64,000 nucleotides of DNA from Mycobacterium sp. (GTDB taxonomy: Bacteria; Actinomycetota; Actinomycetes; Mycobacteriales; Mycobacteriaceae), in the NCBI GenBank assembly GCA_035569455.1, contig DATMMZ010000285.1:9189-73188 (forward strand), written 5' to 3'. Under the pieces are notes generated by a model, which did not search any database, was not told the origin of the DNA, and saw nothing but the letters and a program-made list of their open reading frames with translations. Position numbers and translations under genes: made by a program. Of the stretch, positions 14,725 through 26,300 are shown one piece after another (position 1 is the stretch's first letter; each line of letters starts with the position of its first letter).

Positions 14725-16233
14725 ATGAATAACCGCGGGTGCAATCGACGTCAATTGCGGGGCGGTCGCTGGCTTAAGGCGATCGCGGCGGTGCGCGCGG
14801 CGATCGCCTGTGCCGGGGCGGTGCTCCTGGTGGCCGGGTGCGTAGCGGGGTGCAGCACTTTCGTCGAGGGCCGGGCGCTGTCGATGCTCAACGACCCGTT
14901 CCGGGTGGGGGGTCTGCCCGCCACTGATGGTCCCAGCGGGCCCCGCCAGAACGGACCGGCTCCGACAGGCACGGTGGTCAACACCGACAACGGACCGATC
15001 GACAAGTTGTCGTTGCTGTCGGTCAACGACATCGAGGAGTACTGGCAGGGAACTTACAGCGAATCGCTGAAAGGAAAATTCGTGCCAGTCGGCAAGCTGG
15101 TTTCCTACGACTCCAACGACCCCAATGGCCCGGTCGTTTGCCACAGCAACACGTACAAGCTCGTCAACGCCTTTTTCACAAGCCGGTGCAACCTGATCGC
15201 CTGGGATCGCGGGGTGTTCATGCCGGTCGCACAAAAGTATTTCGGCGACATGGCCGTCAATGGTGGTTTAGCACACGAGTTCGGCCACGCCCTGCAGCAG
15301 ATGGCGAAATTGGTGACCAGAAAAGACCCCACCATCGTCCGCGAGCAGCAAGCCGATTGTTTCGCCGGCGTTTATCTGTATTGGGTGGCATCTGGCGAGT
15401 CGCCGCGCTTCACATTGAGCACCGCCGGCGGGCTCGACCACGTTCTTGCGGGAATCATCACGACGCGTGACCCGGTTTTGGATTCCGATACCGAGAACGA
15501 CGACGAGCATGGGTCGGCCTTGGATCGGGTCAGTGCCTTCCAGATGGGCTTCGTCACCGGCGCCCCGGCATGCGCGGCCATCAATACGCAGGAGATCGAG
15601 CAGCGCCGCGGTGACCTGCCGCAGACGTTGCGGACCGATCCCAGCGGAGACCCGGAAACCGGTGAGGTCCCGATCAACGAAGACACCTTGTCGACGCTGA
15701 TGGAGGTGATGGGAAAGATCTTCAACCCCAAGCAACCGCCAACATTGACTTACCAGCCCGCCGATTGCCCCGATGCGAAGGCCAGCCCACCGGCGTCATA
15801 CTGTCCGGCCACCAACACCATCGTGATCGACCTACCCGGGCTGGCGGCCATGGCGAAAAAGGCCGGAACAAACGAAAACAGGCTGCCGCAAGGTGACGAC
15901 ACCGCCCTGTCCATCGTGATGTCGAGATACACACTGGCGGTGCAGCACGAACGCGGCTTACCGATGCAGAGTCCATGGACCGCGCTGCGCACGGCGTGCT
16001 TGACGGGGTATACGCACCGCAAGATGGCCGAGCCCATCGACACCGAAGACAACAAGCAGCTGTTGCTGACCGCCGGTGACCTCGACGAGGCCGTCTCCGG
16101 CCTGCTGACCAACCATATTGTCGCCAGCGACGCTGACGGTGTCAGCGTGCCGGCCGGTTTCACACGGATCGCGGCGTTCCGTGGCGGCGTGGCCGGCAAC
16201 ATGGACGCGTGTTTCAACCGCTATACCGGGTAG
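14725..16233 (+). CDS. lpqM: LpqM neutral zinc metallopeptidase lipoprotein, copy 2
   Basis: HEFGH, EQQADC, HGSALDR; highly similar to copy 1; position of Rv0419. Which copy is the true orthologue is uncertain. Confidence 0.85.
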   Translation: MNNRGCNRRQLRGGRWLKAIAAVRAAIACAGAVLLVAGCVAGCSTFVEGRALSMLNDPFRVGGLPATDGPSGPRQNGPAPTGTVVNTDNGPIDKLSLLSVNDIEEYWQGTYSESLKGKFVPVGKLVSYDSNDPNGPVVCHSNTYKLVNAFFTSRCNLIAWDRGVFMPVAQKYFGDMAVNGGLAHEFGHALQQMAKLVTRKDPTIVREQQADCFAGVYLYWVASGESPRFTLSTAGGLDHVLAGIITTRDPVLDSDTENDDEHGSALDRVSAFQMGFVTGAPACAAINTQEIEQRRGDLPQTLRTDPSGDPETGEVPINEDTLSTLMEVMGKIFNPKQPPTLTYQPADCPDAKASPPASYCPATNTIVIDLPGLAAMAKKAGTNENRLPQGDDTALSIVMSRYTLAVQHERGLPMQSPWTALRTACLTGYTHRKMAEPIDTEDNKQLLLTAGDLDEAVSGLLTNHIVASDADGVSVPAGFTRIAAFRGGVAGNMDACFNRYTG

Positions 16234-16287
16234 AAGGTTCGGCACGCAGCGGTTAGAGTAGCTGCCACTCGATCCCAGGAGGCGTCC

Positions 16288-16692
16288 GTGACGGAACAAC
16301 CGCCCAACTACCCGCCGCCACCGGGTGGTTATGGTTATCCGCCGCCCCCACCGGGCGGTTATGGTTATCCGCCGCCGCAAGGTGTCGGTACGAATAGCCT
16401 GGCCATCGCGTCGTTGGTGTGCTCCTTGTTCGGGTGGCTTTGCATCATCGGGCCGATTCTGGGTTTGATTTTCGGCTTTCTCGCGCTGGGCCAGATCAAG
16501 CAGACCGGCCAGCGTGGTCGTGGGATGGCGATTGCCGGAATAGTCATCGGCGGGCTGGTAATCGCACTCGGAGTGATCTTCGGAATCCTCAGTGCAATAG
16601 CCAAGCACTCGCCGGGCGGGGATTCGGGCGCGCCCGCTGTGGTGGTCATCGTTGAACCGCAGGCAGTTTCGCCTACCGTCGCCGCAGCATAA
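16288..16692 (+). CDS. DUF4190 membrane protein
   Basis: AGGAGG SD; Pro/Gly/Tyr N-terminus; TNSLAIASLV...LGQIKQTGQRGRGMAIAG signature. Confidence 0.88.
   Translation: MTEQPPNYPPPPGGYGYPPPPPGGYGYPPPQGVGTNSLAIASLVCSLFGWLCIIGPILGLIFGFLALGQIKQTGQRGRGMAIAGIVIGGLVIALGVIFGILSAIAKHSPGGDSGAPAVVVIVEPQAVSPTVAAA
16308..16377 (+). repeat. In-frame 30-bp tandem repeat encoding PPPPPGGYGY units
   Basis: ccaccgggYggttatggttatccgccgcc occurs twice in tandem. Confidence 0.75.
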
Positions 16693-16699
16693 AACCGTG

Positions 16700-17575
16700 T
16701 CAACCGATTTCGGCGAGCCTGGGCATTAGTTGATCGCCGAAGCGGCGGATGAAGCCCACGGGGTCGGGGTTTCCGGGAAGCGGACCGATATTGATCAACT
16801 CGATGCCAAGCTCGGCGTAGCGTTCGACGGTCTTCAGGTACTCGTCGGTGTCCTCGAACGGGTCGATCGGCAAAAGGCCGCCAGCCGTCTTGCCGATTTC
16901 GCCGGGATGTCGGCCCACGGTGTCGCAGTGGCGGTTGAGCACCTCGATCTTGTGTTCGAGCTCCTCGGCATCGGTCGCCATGCTGTTCCAGATGTCGGCG
17001 TACTGCGCGACCAGTCGCAGCGTCTTCTTCTCGCCGTCACCGCCGATCAGAATCGGGGGGCGCCGAATCGGTTGTGGCACACAGAGTGTCTCGGCCAGCT
17101 GGTAGTGCTCGCCGTGGTACGGCCCGTCATTGTCGCTCCACATCTGCAGGCAGATCTGCAGCGTCTCTTCGAGCATCTCAAAGCGTGTGCTTAGCGGCGG
17201 ATACGGAATGCCAAGGGCGGCATGCTCGCGGTCGTACCACGCCGCGCCCAGCCCTAACATCGACCGGCCCTGGGAAAGCACGTCAAGAGTGGTGACCGCT
17301 TTGGCCAGTACTCCGGGGTAGCGATAGGTGACCCCGCTGACCAGAAGGGTCAGGTCGATCGTTGTCGTCTGTGCTGCCAGGAAACCCAAAGATGTGTAGC
17401 CCTCGAGGAACGGATCCTCTGCGCGTCCAAGGTTTTCCATCTGGAAGAAATGGTCGGCCAAGGTGAACACCGTCGCGCCGCCCTGCTCGGCGGCCTTGGC
17501 CGCCCCGGCCAGTGTCGGACCCAGCCTGGCCGGGTCACCGGGTAGAAAATCGATGAAATGCACTCCGAAATCCAT
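16700..17575 (-). CDS. LLM-class (probably F420-dependent) oxidoreductase
   Basis: ADHFFQ, TLDVLSQGR, LGAAW..EH, GGDGEKKTLR motifs. Confidence 0.9.
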   Translation of the reverse strand: MDFGVHFIDFLPGDPARLGPTLAGAAKAAEQGGATVFTLADHFFQMENLGRAEDPFLEGYTSLGFLAAQTTTIDLTLLVSGVTYRYPGVLAKAVTTLDVLSQGRSMLGLGAAWYDREHAALGIPYPPLSTRFEMLEETLQICLQMWSDNDGPYHGEHYQLAETLCVPQPIRRPPILIGGDGEKKTLRLVAQYADIWNSMATDAEELEHKIEVLNRHCDTVGRHPGEIGKTAGGLLPIDPFEDTDEYLKTVERYAELGIELINIGPLPGNPDPVGFIRRFGDQLMPRLAEIG

Positions 17576-17591
17576 TGGAATTATTACCCTT

Positions 17592-18038
17592 TCATTGTTT
17601 TTCAGGCTCGCTCAACCGCTCGAGCAGGGACAAGGCGTCAAGGATGGTGCGGCGTTCGGATTCTGTGTATCGCTCATGGATGGCGCGCGCCAGCCATTCC
17701 GCACGCACTTGACGGTCGCTCTCGGCGCGTTGACGGCCCGCCTCGGTCAACGAGATCACTTGGCGCCGACCGTCTTCGGGGTCGGGTGTGCGCTCGACGA
17801 GCCCGCGTTGCTCGAGGGCGGCCACTATCGTGGCCATTGACTGTGGACGCACCCGCTCGGCATCGGCCAGTGCGCTGGCCGATGAGGGCCCCTCTTTCCA
17901 GAGCCGGGTGAGCACCGCCGTCTGCGACGGTGTCAGATCGCCATCAATCGCGAGACCCCGCAACTGACGTCGCAGCCGGCTGAACACCACCCGCAGATCG
18001 CGGGCCGCCGCTGCGGCCGATTCGGCGATACCCTCCAC
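17592..18038 (-). CDS. MarR-family regulator
   Basis: LTPSQ..VL, winged HTH, DPEDGRR...LTEAG. Confidence 0.92.
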   Translation of the reverse strand: MEGIAESAAAAARDLRVVFSRLRRQLRGLAIDGDLTPSQTAVLTRLWKEGPSSASALADAERVRPQSMATIVAALEQRGLVERTPDPEDGRRQVISLTEAGRQRAESDRQVRAEWLARAIHERYTESERRTILDALSLLERLSEPEKQ

Positions 18039-18044
18039 GCCACC

Positions 18045-18077
18045 AGCCTAAACTAGACAGCTAAAACTGTCCAGTTT
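18045..18077 (-). promoter_or_regulatory. Putative MarR operator plus leaderless -10 box
   Basis: Inverted repeat AAACTaGACAG-N6-CTGTCcAGTTT (18050-18077) abutting TAGGCT, 6 nt upstream of the GTG start. Confidence 0.7.
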
Positions 18078-18455
18078 GAACTGATCAAATTGGGATGAGG
18101 CGGATGCGGCTTTTTTTGATTGCTCGCTGTGTACCCAGACCGCCAGGAACCCGGTGACCAGCAGCCATCCGATGGCAACCGCGGGAATCGCCCAGGCGCG
18201 TCGGGCGCGCAGTGCGGTGTGGCATTGCGTGACGAGGTGGTGGCGGTCGGTCTGGGCGGCGTGGCTGAGGTCAGAACTCAAGCCTTTGCCGCGGCTGACC
18301 TTGATGCCATACACGTCGTATTGATCCAGGTAAATCGGATATACCAGCGCCGCCAGTCCGATGACCGCCGGCAGGAGGCCGGCGATTCCGATGTACATCT
18401 GACGATGCCTCCCAGCTTCCCCAAAAAAGTTAATCGCTGATTCGCGGCTCAGCAC
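18048..18455 (-). CDS. Rv0420c-like transmembrane protein
   Basis: RQMYIGI...YLDQYD.YGIKV...RRAWAIP...GFL..WVH; synteny. Start uncertain. Confidence 0.75.
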   Translation of the reverse strand: MLSRESAINFFGEAGRHRQMYIGIAGLLPAVIGLAALVYPIYLDQYDVYGIKVSRGKGLSSDLSHAAQTDRHHLVTQCHTALRARRAWAIPAVAIGWLLVTGFLAVWVHSEQSKKAASASSQFDQFKLDSFSCLV

Positions 18456-18692
18456 TCAAGTCATGCAGACGTTCGCGAACAACAGGACCGGCCACGACAC
18501 GATCGAACCCAGGAACGACACCGCCAGATCGATTCCGTGCATCTGGTGCAAATGCTCGGTGTGTGTTGTCGACCAGATGGTTCCCACCAGCAGATAAGGT
18601 GTGCCGACGATCAACCCGATGGCGAGCAGTTGGCCGATGGTGAGCCGGAAGTCGAGCACCTTGCGAAGTGTCTCCAACACATGCGTCAGCAT
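18456..18692 (-). CDS. Small two-TM hypothetical membrane protein
   Basis: AAAGGA SD; TPYLLVG.IW and IVSWPVLL hydrophobic segments. Confidence 0.7.
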   Translation of the reverse strand: MLTHVLETLRKVLDFRLTIGQLLAIGLIVGTPYLLVGTIWSTTHTEHLHQMHGIDLAVSFLGSIVSWPVLLFANVCMT

Positions 18693-18751
18693 ATGCGTCC
18701 TTTCGGCAGTCTTCCCCAGAGCGCTGGCGTGTGTGCGAAAGCTGATGGAGC

Positions 18752-19407
18752 TTACCTTGTTTGGCGCGCCGGTGATCCAAGCAGACGCAGTGCCGCGTCA
18801 ACCGCCAAGCCGGCGACGTCGAGGGTCTTCGAGCCCAGGTCGTGCCGCGCGCCGGTGATCTCGACGAGCTCGGTAGGCCCGGCGATCAGCGCCGCCGCGT
18901 CGCGTACCTCCGCCGGCGTGCCGAACGGATCCGACGTTCCGTGGGTAAACACCGTCGGCACCGCGATGTCGGGCAGGTGCTCGGTGCGGGGCCGCTCCGG
19001 CTTACCCGGCGGGTGCACCGGATAGGAGAACAGCGTCAGCACGTCGACCTTGATCGGGTGTGTTTCGTTGGCTGCGACCACCATCGACGTCTGCCGACCG
19101 CCGTAGGAGTGGCCGCCGGCTATCAGCGGGCCGTCGGCGAGGCCGCGGCACAACGCGATCGCCTCGACGATCCCCGCGCGGTCGGTTGCCGCCGACCCGG
19201 ACGGCGGACCCTTGGGCCGGCGCCGACGATACGGCAGGTTGTACCGCACCGCCAACCAGCCACGCCGTGCCCATTCGTCGCAAACCTGTTGCAACAGCTT
19301 GGATTCCCTGCTGCCGCCGGCGCCGTGCGTCAGCACGGCTATCCCTTTTGGGCGCCCGTTCGGGTCGCCGGTGGGTTCGTGCGCGACGCCGGCGATCTGA
19401 TCGAGGT

Positions 19408-19411
<4 letters not shown>
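18752..19411 (-). CDS. Alpha/beta hydrolase (Rv0421c orthologue)
   Basis: THGAGG, GGHSYGG, YPVHPPGK, D and H triad; ATGA overlap with thiD. Confidence 0.9.
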
Positions 19412-21965
<2,554 letters not shown>

Positions 21966-21981
21966 AGGACGGTGTTCGATT

Positions 21982-22027
21982 GCCGCGCTCCTCCTCGAAC
22001 CGCTGCGCGGTACGCGTCGTCGCCGGC
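21982..22027 (-). repeat. Single MIRU-like interspersed repeat unit
   Basis: Minus strand GCCGGCGACGACGCGTACCGCGCAGCGGTTCGAGGAGGAGCGCGGC resembles the MIRU pattern (CGACGATGC...GCAGCG...GAGGAGGAGC) recalled from mycobacteria. Confidence 0.6.
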
Positions 22028-22095
22028 TGTGTCCACGCTAGCGCAGCCAGGCCGCGAAGTCCCGCCCGGACTAGCGGGGTGCTGTCGGCGATGGA

Positions 22096-22845
22096 ATGAT
22101 TTTTGGGGTGCACGACACTGCCCCGACCGACCACGACATCGGCGACATCGGCGCTGACATGCCGCCGGTGGTCGACGGCGCCGGCAAGAACGTCAACGTG
22201 GGCACCTTCCGCTTCTGGTTCGTCGGTCAGCGCTGGGAATGGTCCGACGAGGTGGCCCGGATGCACGGCTACGAACCGGGCTCGGTAGTGCCGACGACGG
22301 AATTGCTGCTTTCGCACAAACATCCGGACGACCGGGCCCATGTCCAGGATCTACTCGATCGCGCCCTGCATTCCCGGAGATCGTTCTCCAGCCGTCACCG
22401 GTTCATCGACACCGCCGGAGTCGTGCACGACGCGATCGTGGTGGCTGACCGCATGTTGGACGAGACGGGTGCGGTGGTGGGGACAGCCGGTTACTACATC
22501 GACCTCACCAACACCTTCGACGAGAACCGGCGGGAGGTCATCGACGAGGCCCTGCCGGACCTCGTGGAGGCGCGCGCGGTGATTGAGCAGGCCAAAGGTG
22601 TGCTGATGGCCGTTTACCGGGTCAGCGCCGATCAGGCCTTCGGAGTGCTGCGGTGGAGATCGCAGGAGACCAACATCAAACTGCGCGAGCTGGCCAAGCA
22701 ATTGGTCGCCGAAATACCGGCGCTGCCAGCACCGGCGGCGGATGTGCAAAGCGCGTTCGATCACCTTTTGCTTACGGTGCACCAACGCATCCTCGCGGTG
22801 TCTGAAGCAGAAAACGGCGATCACGTTAAGCTCGGTACACCTTAG
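22096..22845 (+). CDS. PAS + ANTAR domain protein
   Basis: PAS_3-like WEWSDE...HKHPDDR; C-terminal ANTAR IEQAKGVLM...AFGVLRWRSQETNIKLRELA. Confidence 0.9.
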   Translation: MIFGVHDTAPTDHDIGDIGADMPPVVDGAGKNVNVGTFRFWFVGQRWEWSDEVARMHGYEPGSVVPTTELLLSHKHPDDRAHVQDLLDRALHSRRSFSSRHRFIDTAGVVHDAIVVADRMLDETGAVVGTAGYYIDLTNTFDENRREVIDEALPDLVEARAVIEQAKGVLMAVYRVSADQAFGVLRWRSQETNIKLRELAKQLVAEIPALPAPAADVQSAFDHLLLTVHQRILAVSEAENGDHVKLGTP

Positions 22846-22938
22846 ACGACGGGTCGGCCGGAAACGGCGGGTCGACACCGCGTTTCGGCTTACGGTCGAC
22901 TCCGCTGCAGCGGTCCACGGCCGGACGTATCGAAGCGG

Positions 22939-23307
22939 GTGAGCATGGAATCGTTGGTAGTCGACTGTGAGGTCCGCTCGGAGGCGGTCGTTGTCAGCGC
23001 CAAGGGCGAAGTGGACTCCAACACCGCCGAACAGCTCGTCTCCCAACTCAACGCCGCGCTGTGCCAGGCCGCGGCCCACGCGGAGCGGCTGCTCATCATC
23101 GATCTGGACGAGCTGGCGTATTTCGGCAGTGCCGGCTTGAACGCTGTGCTCGAATGCCACCAGCAGGGGCTCGAAGCCGGGACGCCGGTGCGGCTGATCG
23201 CCAGCAACCGCATAGTGGTCAACCCGATCGAAGTGACGAAGCTGGACAAGACGCTGGCGGTCTACCGGACGTATCCGGACGCGCTGCAAGGCCGTGGAGA
23301 TCCATGA
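22939..23307 (+). CDS. STAS-domain anti-sigma-factor antagonist
   Basis: GEVDSNTA, IIDL..LAYFGSAGL with the conserved Ser. Start may be ATG 22945. Confidence 0.9.
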   Translation: MSMESLVVDCEVRSEAVVVSAKGEVDSNTAEQLVSQLNAALCQAAAHAERLLIIDLDELAYFGSAGLNAVLECHQQGLEAGTPVRLIASNRIVVNPIEVTKLDKTLAVYRTYPDALQGRGDP

Positions 23308-26300
23308 CCGAAGACCATCGCGCGGGCCGGCCCAGCGACCCACCGGATTTGCCCCCCGACCTCATTGCAGCGGTCGCATTGGGCGATGAAATGGGACAGC
23401 TTTTCGCCGAATTCGACTGGGCCGCACACCCGTTGGGGCCACCGGCGAACTGGCCGGCCGAGATGCGGACGACGGTGGCGACGACGCTCACGTCGCGGTT
23501 TCCGATCATCCTGTGGTTGAGCCCGCAGGATCTGTTCACGATGTACAACGAGGCCTACATTCCGATCCTCGGCAACAGGCACCCGTCGGCGTTAGGACGG
23601 CGTGGCGAGGAGGTGTGGTGGGACATCTGGGACGACATCGGCCCGATGATCGCCAGCGTGATCGACACCGGCAAGGCGGTCTGGGTTGATGACCTGTTGC
23701 TGCCGGTGATCACCGGCGGCCGACGGCAGGAACGGTATTTCACCTTCAGTTACAGCCCGCTGTTCGGCGACAGCGGAGTCGTGTACGGAGTCGTCGCGAC
23801 GGTCGCCGAGACCACGGATCGGGTGTTCAGTGAGCGCCGCCTGCACGTGCTCAATGCGGTGGCCTCCGCCACGATGGAAACCCGCACCGTCGATGATGCG
23901 GTGAGTGCCGCCGTCTCGGCGTGCGCCCAGCAGCCCGCGGATCTGCCGTTTGTCGCCGTCTACGTCGGTGACGGCGAGGGTGATGGAGCGGCCGCTGAGA
24001 TCACCTTGCGTGGAGCCACAGCATCGGTGCTGCCGCTGCTGCCGCGCACGCTGGGGGAATTGACCGACTGGGATCCCACTCAGCGGTCACGTGCGGAGAC
24101 ACGGCTCATCGCGGACGTCGTCTCGGTAATACCGGGCATCGACGAAGTGCTGCAGGGCGATCACCCGGACCGGGCGCTGGTGTTGCCGCTGGGCGAGGTT
24201 TCGACGACCGGCGCGCTGGTGGTGGGAACCAATCCGCGTTGCCCTCTCAATGCGCAATATCGGGGCTTTTGCCAGTTGCTCGCCGACCAGTTGTCCTCCG
24301 CGCTGGCCTCGGCGGTCTCATACGAGCAGGAGCGGCGACGCGGAGATGCGCTTGTCGAACTGGACCGCGCGAAGACGGCGTTCTTGACCAATGTCAGCCA
24401 CGAGTTCCGCACTCCGCTGACGCTGCTACTGGGCCCGCTCGACGATGCGCTGTCAGAGGCCGGCTCGGACGCGGCGCTGACGGATCGGTTGAGCACGGCG
24501 CGGCGTAATGCACAACGCCTGCAACGGTTGGTCGACTCCCTGCTCGATTTCTCGCGGATAGAAGCGGGGCGCGCGACCGCGAAGTTCGTGTGTACCGATT
24601 TGGGCGCGTTGACGTCGCATGTCGCGTCCTCGTTCAGCGAATTGTGCGAGCGCGCGGGACTCGAATTGATCCTCGACTGCGATCGCGTGTTGGCCGACGT
24701 GGATCCCGGCATGTGGGAAACCGTCATGCTCAACCTGCTGTCGAACGCGGTCAAGTTCACTATGCGGGGATCGATCACCGTTGAGGTACACAGCGAATCC
24801 GCGGAATGTCGCATCGCCGTCCGCGACACCGGCGTCGGTGTTGCGCAGGCGGACCTCAGACGGCTGGGTGAGCGGTTCTTTCGTGGCGAGAACGCGCGCG
24901 GCCGCAGCGTCGAGGGGACTGGAATCGGCTTGTCGCTGGTGCACGGCCTGGTGGAGCTGCAGCACGGAACCGTGCAGATCGCCAGCGAACTCGACCACGG
25001 CACCACCATCACGATCCGGCTGCCGAGATCAGTCGACGGCACACCGGTCGAACTTCGACCCGCCGGTTTGGAGGACAGTCCCTACGTCGTCGAGGCAGAT
25101 CAGTGGTTAGCGTCACCGACCGTCGCCGCGTGGAGTGACGACAAGCGGGAGTTGGTGCTGGTCGCCGACGACAACGCCGACATGCGGGCCCACCTGGAGC
25201 GAGTTTTATCGGCGCACTGGAGAACGGTCCTGGTTGCCGACGGCGAGGCGGCGCTGCGCACCACCCGAGAGCTTCGCCCAGACGCCATCGTGACCGACGT
25301 GATGATGCCGCGGCTCGACGGCTTCAGCCTCGTCGCGGCCATCCGCGCCGATCCCGACTTGGCGGCCACACCGATCCTCATGCTGTCCGCCCGTGCCGGC
25401 GTGGAGGCCGTCAGTGAAGGCTTCGCCGGCGGGGCCGATGACTACCTGCCTAAACCGTTTCGGTCGCACGAGCTGGTCGAGCGGGTGTCGGCACGATTGT
25501 CGGCGGCTGCCCGGGAACGTGAGAGCCGACGGTCAAGCGACGCCGAAGCCCAGGTTGCTACCGCGTTTGTGCAACTCGATACCGCCTTGCAGGCCGCCGA
25601 CTCCGTTACCGGAATTGTGGAGGCGCTGTTCGATTCTCCGGTCGGTTCAGGCGGCGCCAACGCCATCGCGATCGGCGTGCTGGACGCCGAAACGAACAAT
25701 GTCCGGTTCGACTACGCCGGAGCGGTGCCCGGCGAAATGCGAGACCGCTATCACCTTGTCTCGTTGGACACGCCGCTGATACCGGTCGACGTCATCAAGA
25801 CCGGTGAGCCGAGGATCATCACCGACACTTTCAGCCTCGCCCCGCGCTACGAGCACGTGGTACGGGAAACGACCGACAGCGTCCGGGCATGCGTCAGCCA
25901 GCCGTTGCGGGGCCAGGACGGAAGCGTCATAGGTTCGCTTGGCCTGTTGTGGTCCACACCGCGCGAGTTCGACCCCGATGAGCTGGAAATATTCGCTCGA
26001 ACTGCTGTCATGACCCAGTCCGCGCTGGACCGCGTTCGCATCATGCAACGCGAGCACCGGATCGCCGTCGACTTCCAGGAGCATCTGCTCGACTTGGACC
26101 GCGCTTCGACCGCCGCCGTCGTGGCGGCGTCCTATCAACCGGCGGGGAAGGCGATGCGTGTCGGCGGTGACTGGTATCTGGTGGTGCCGCTCGACATTCC
26201 GGGACGGATCGCGATATCGGTCGGCGACGTGGTCGGCCACGGCCTGCCCGCGGCAACCGTGATGAGCAGGCTCCGCGCCGCGGTGGCCGCCACCGCCCTG

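Noticed and set aside
23061-23303. N-terminal extension of the hybrid kinase ORF
   Set aside because: It overlaps the STAS gene; an SD and ATGA coupling support the start at 23304.
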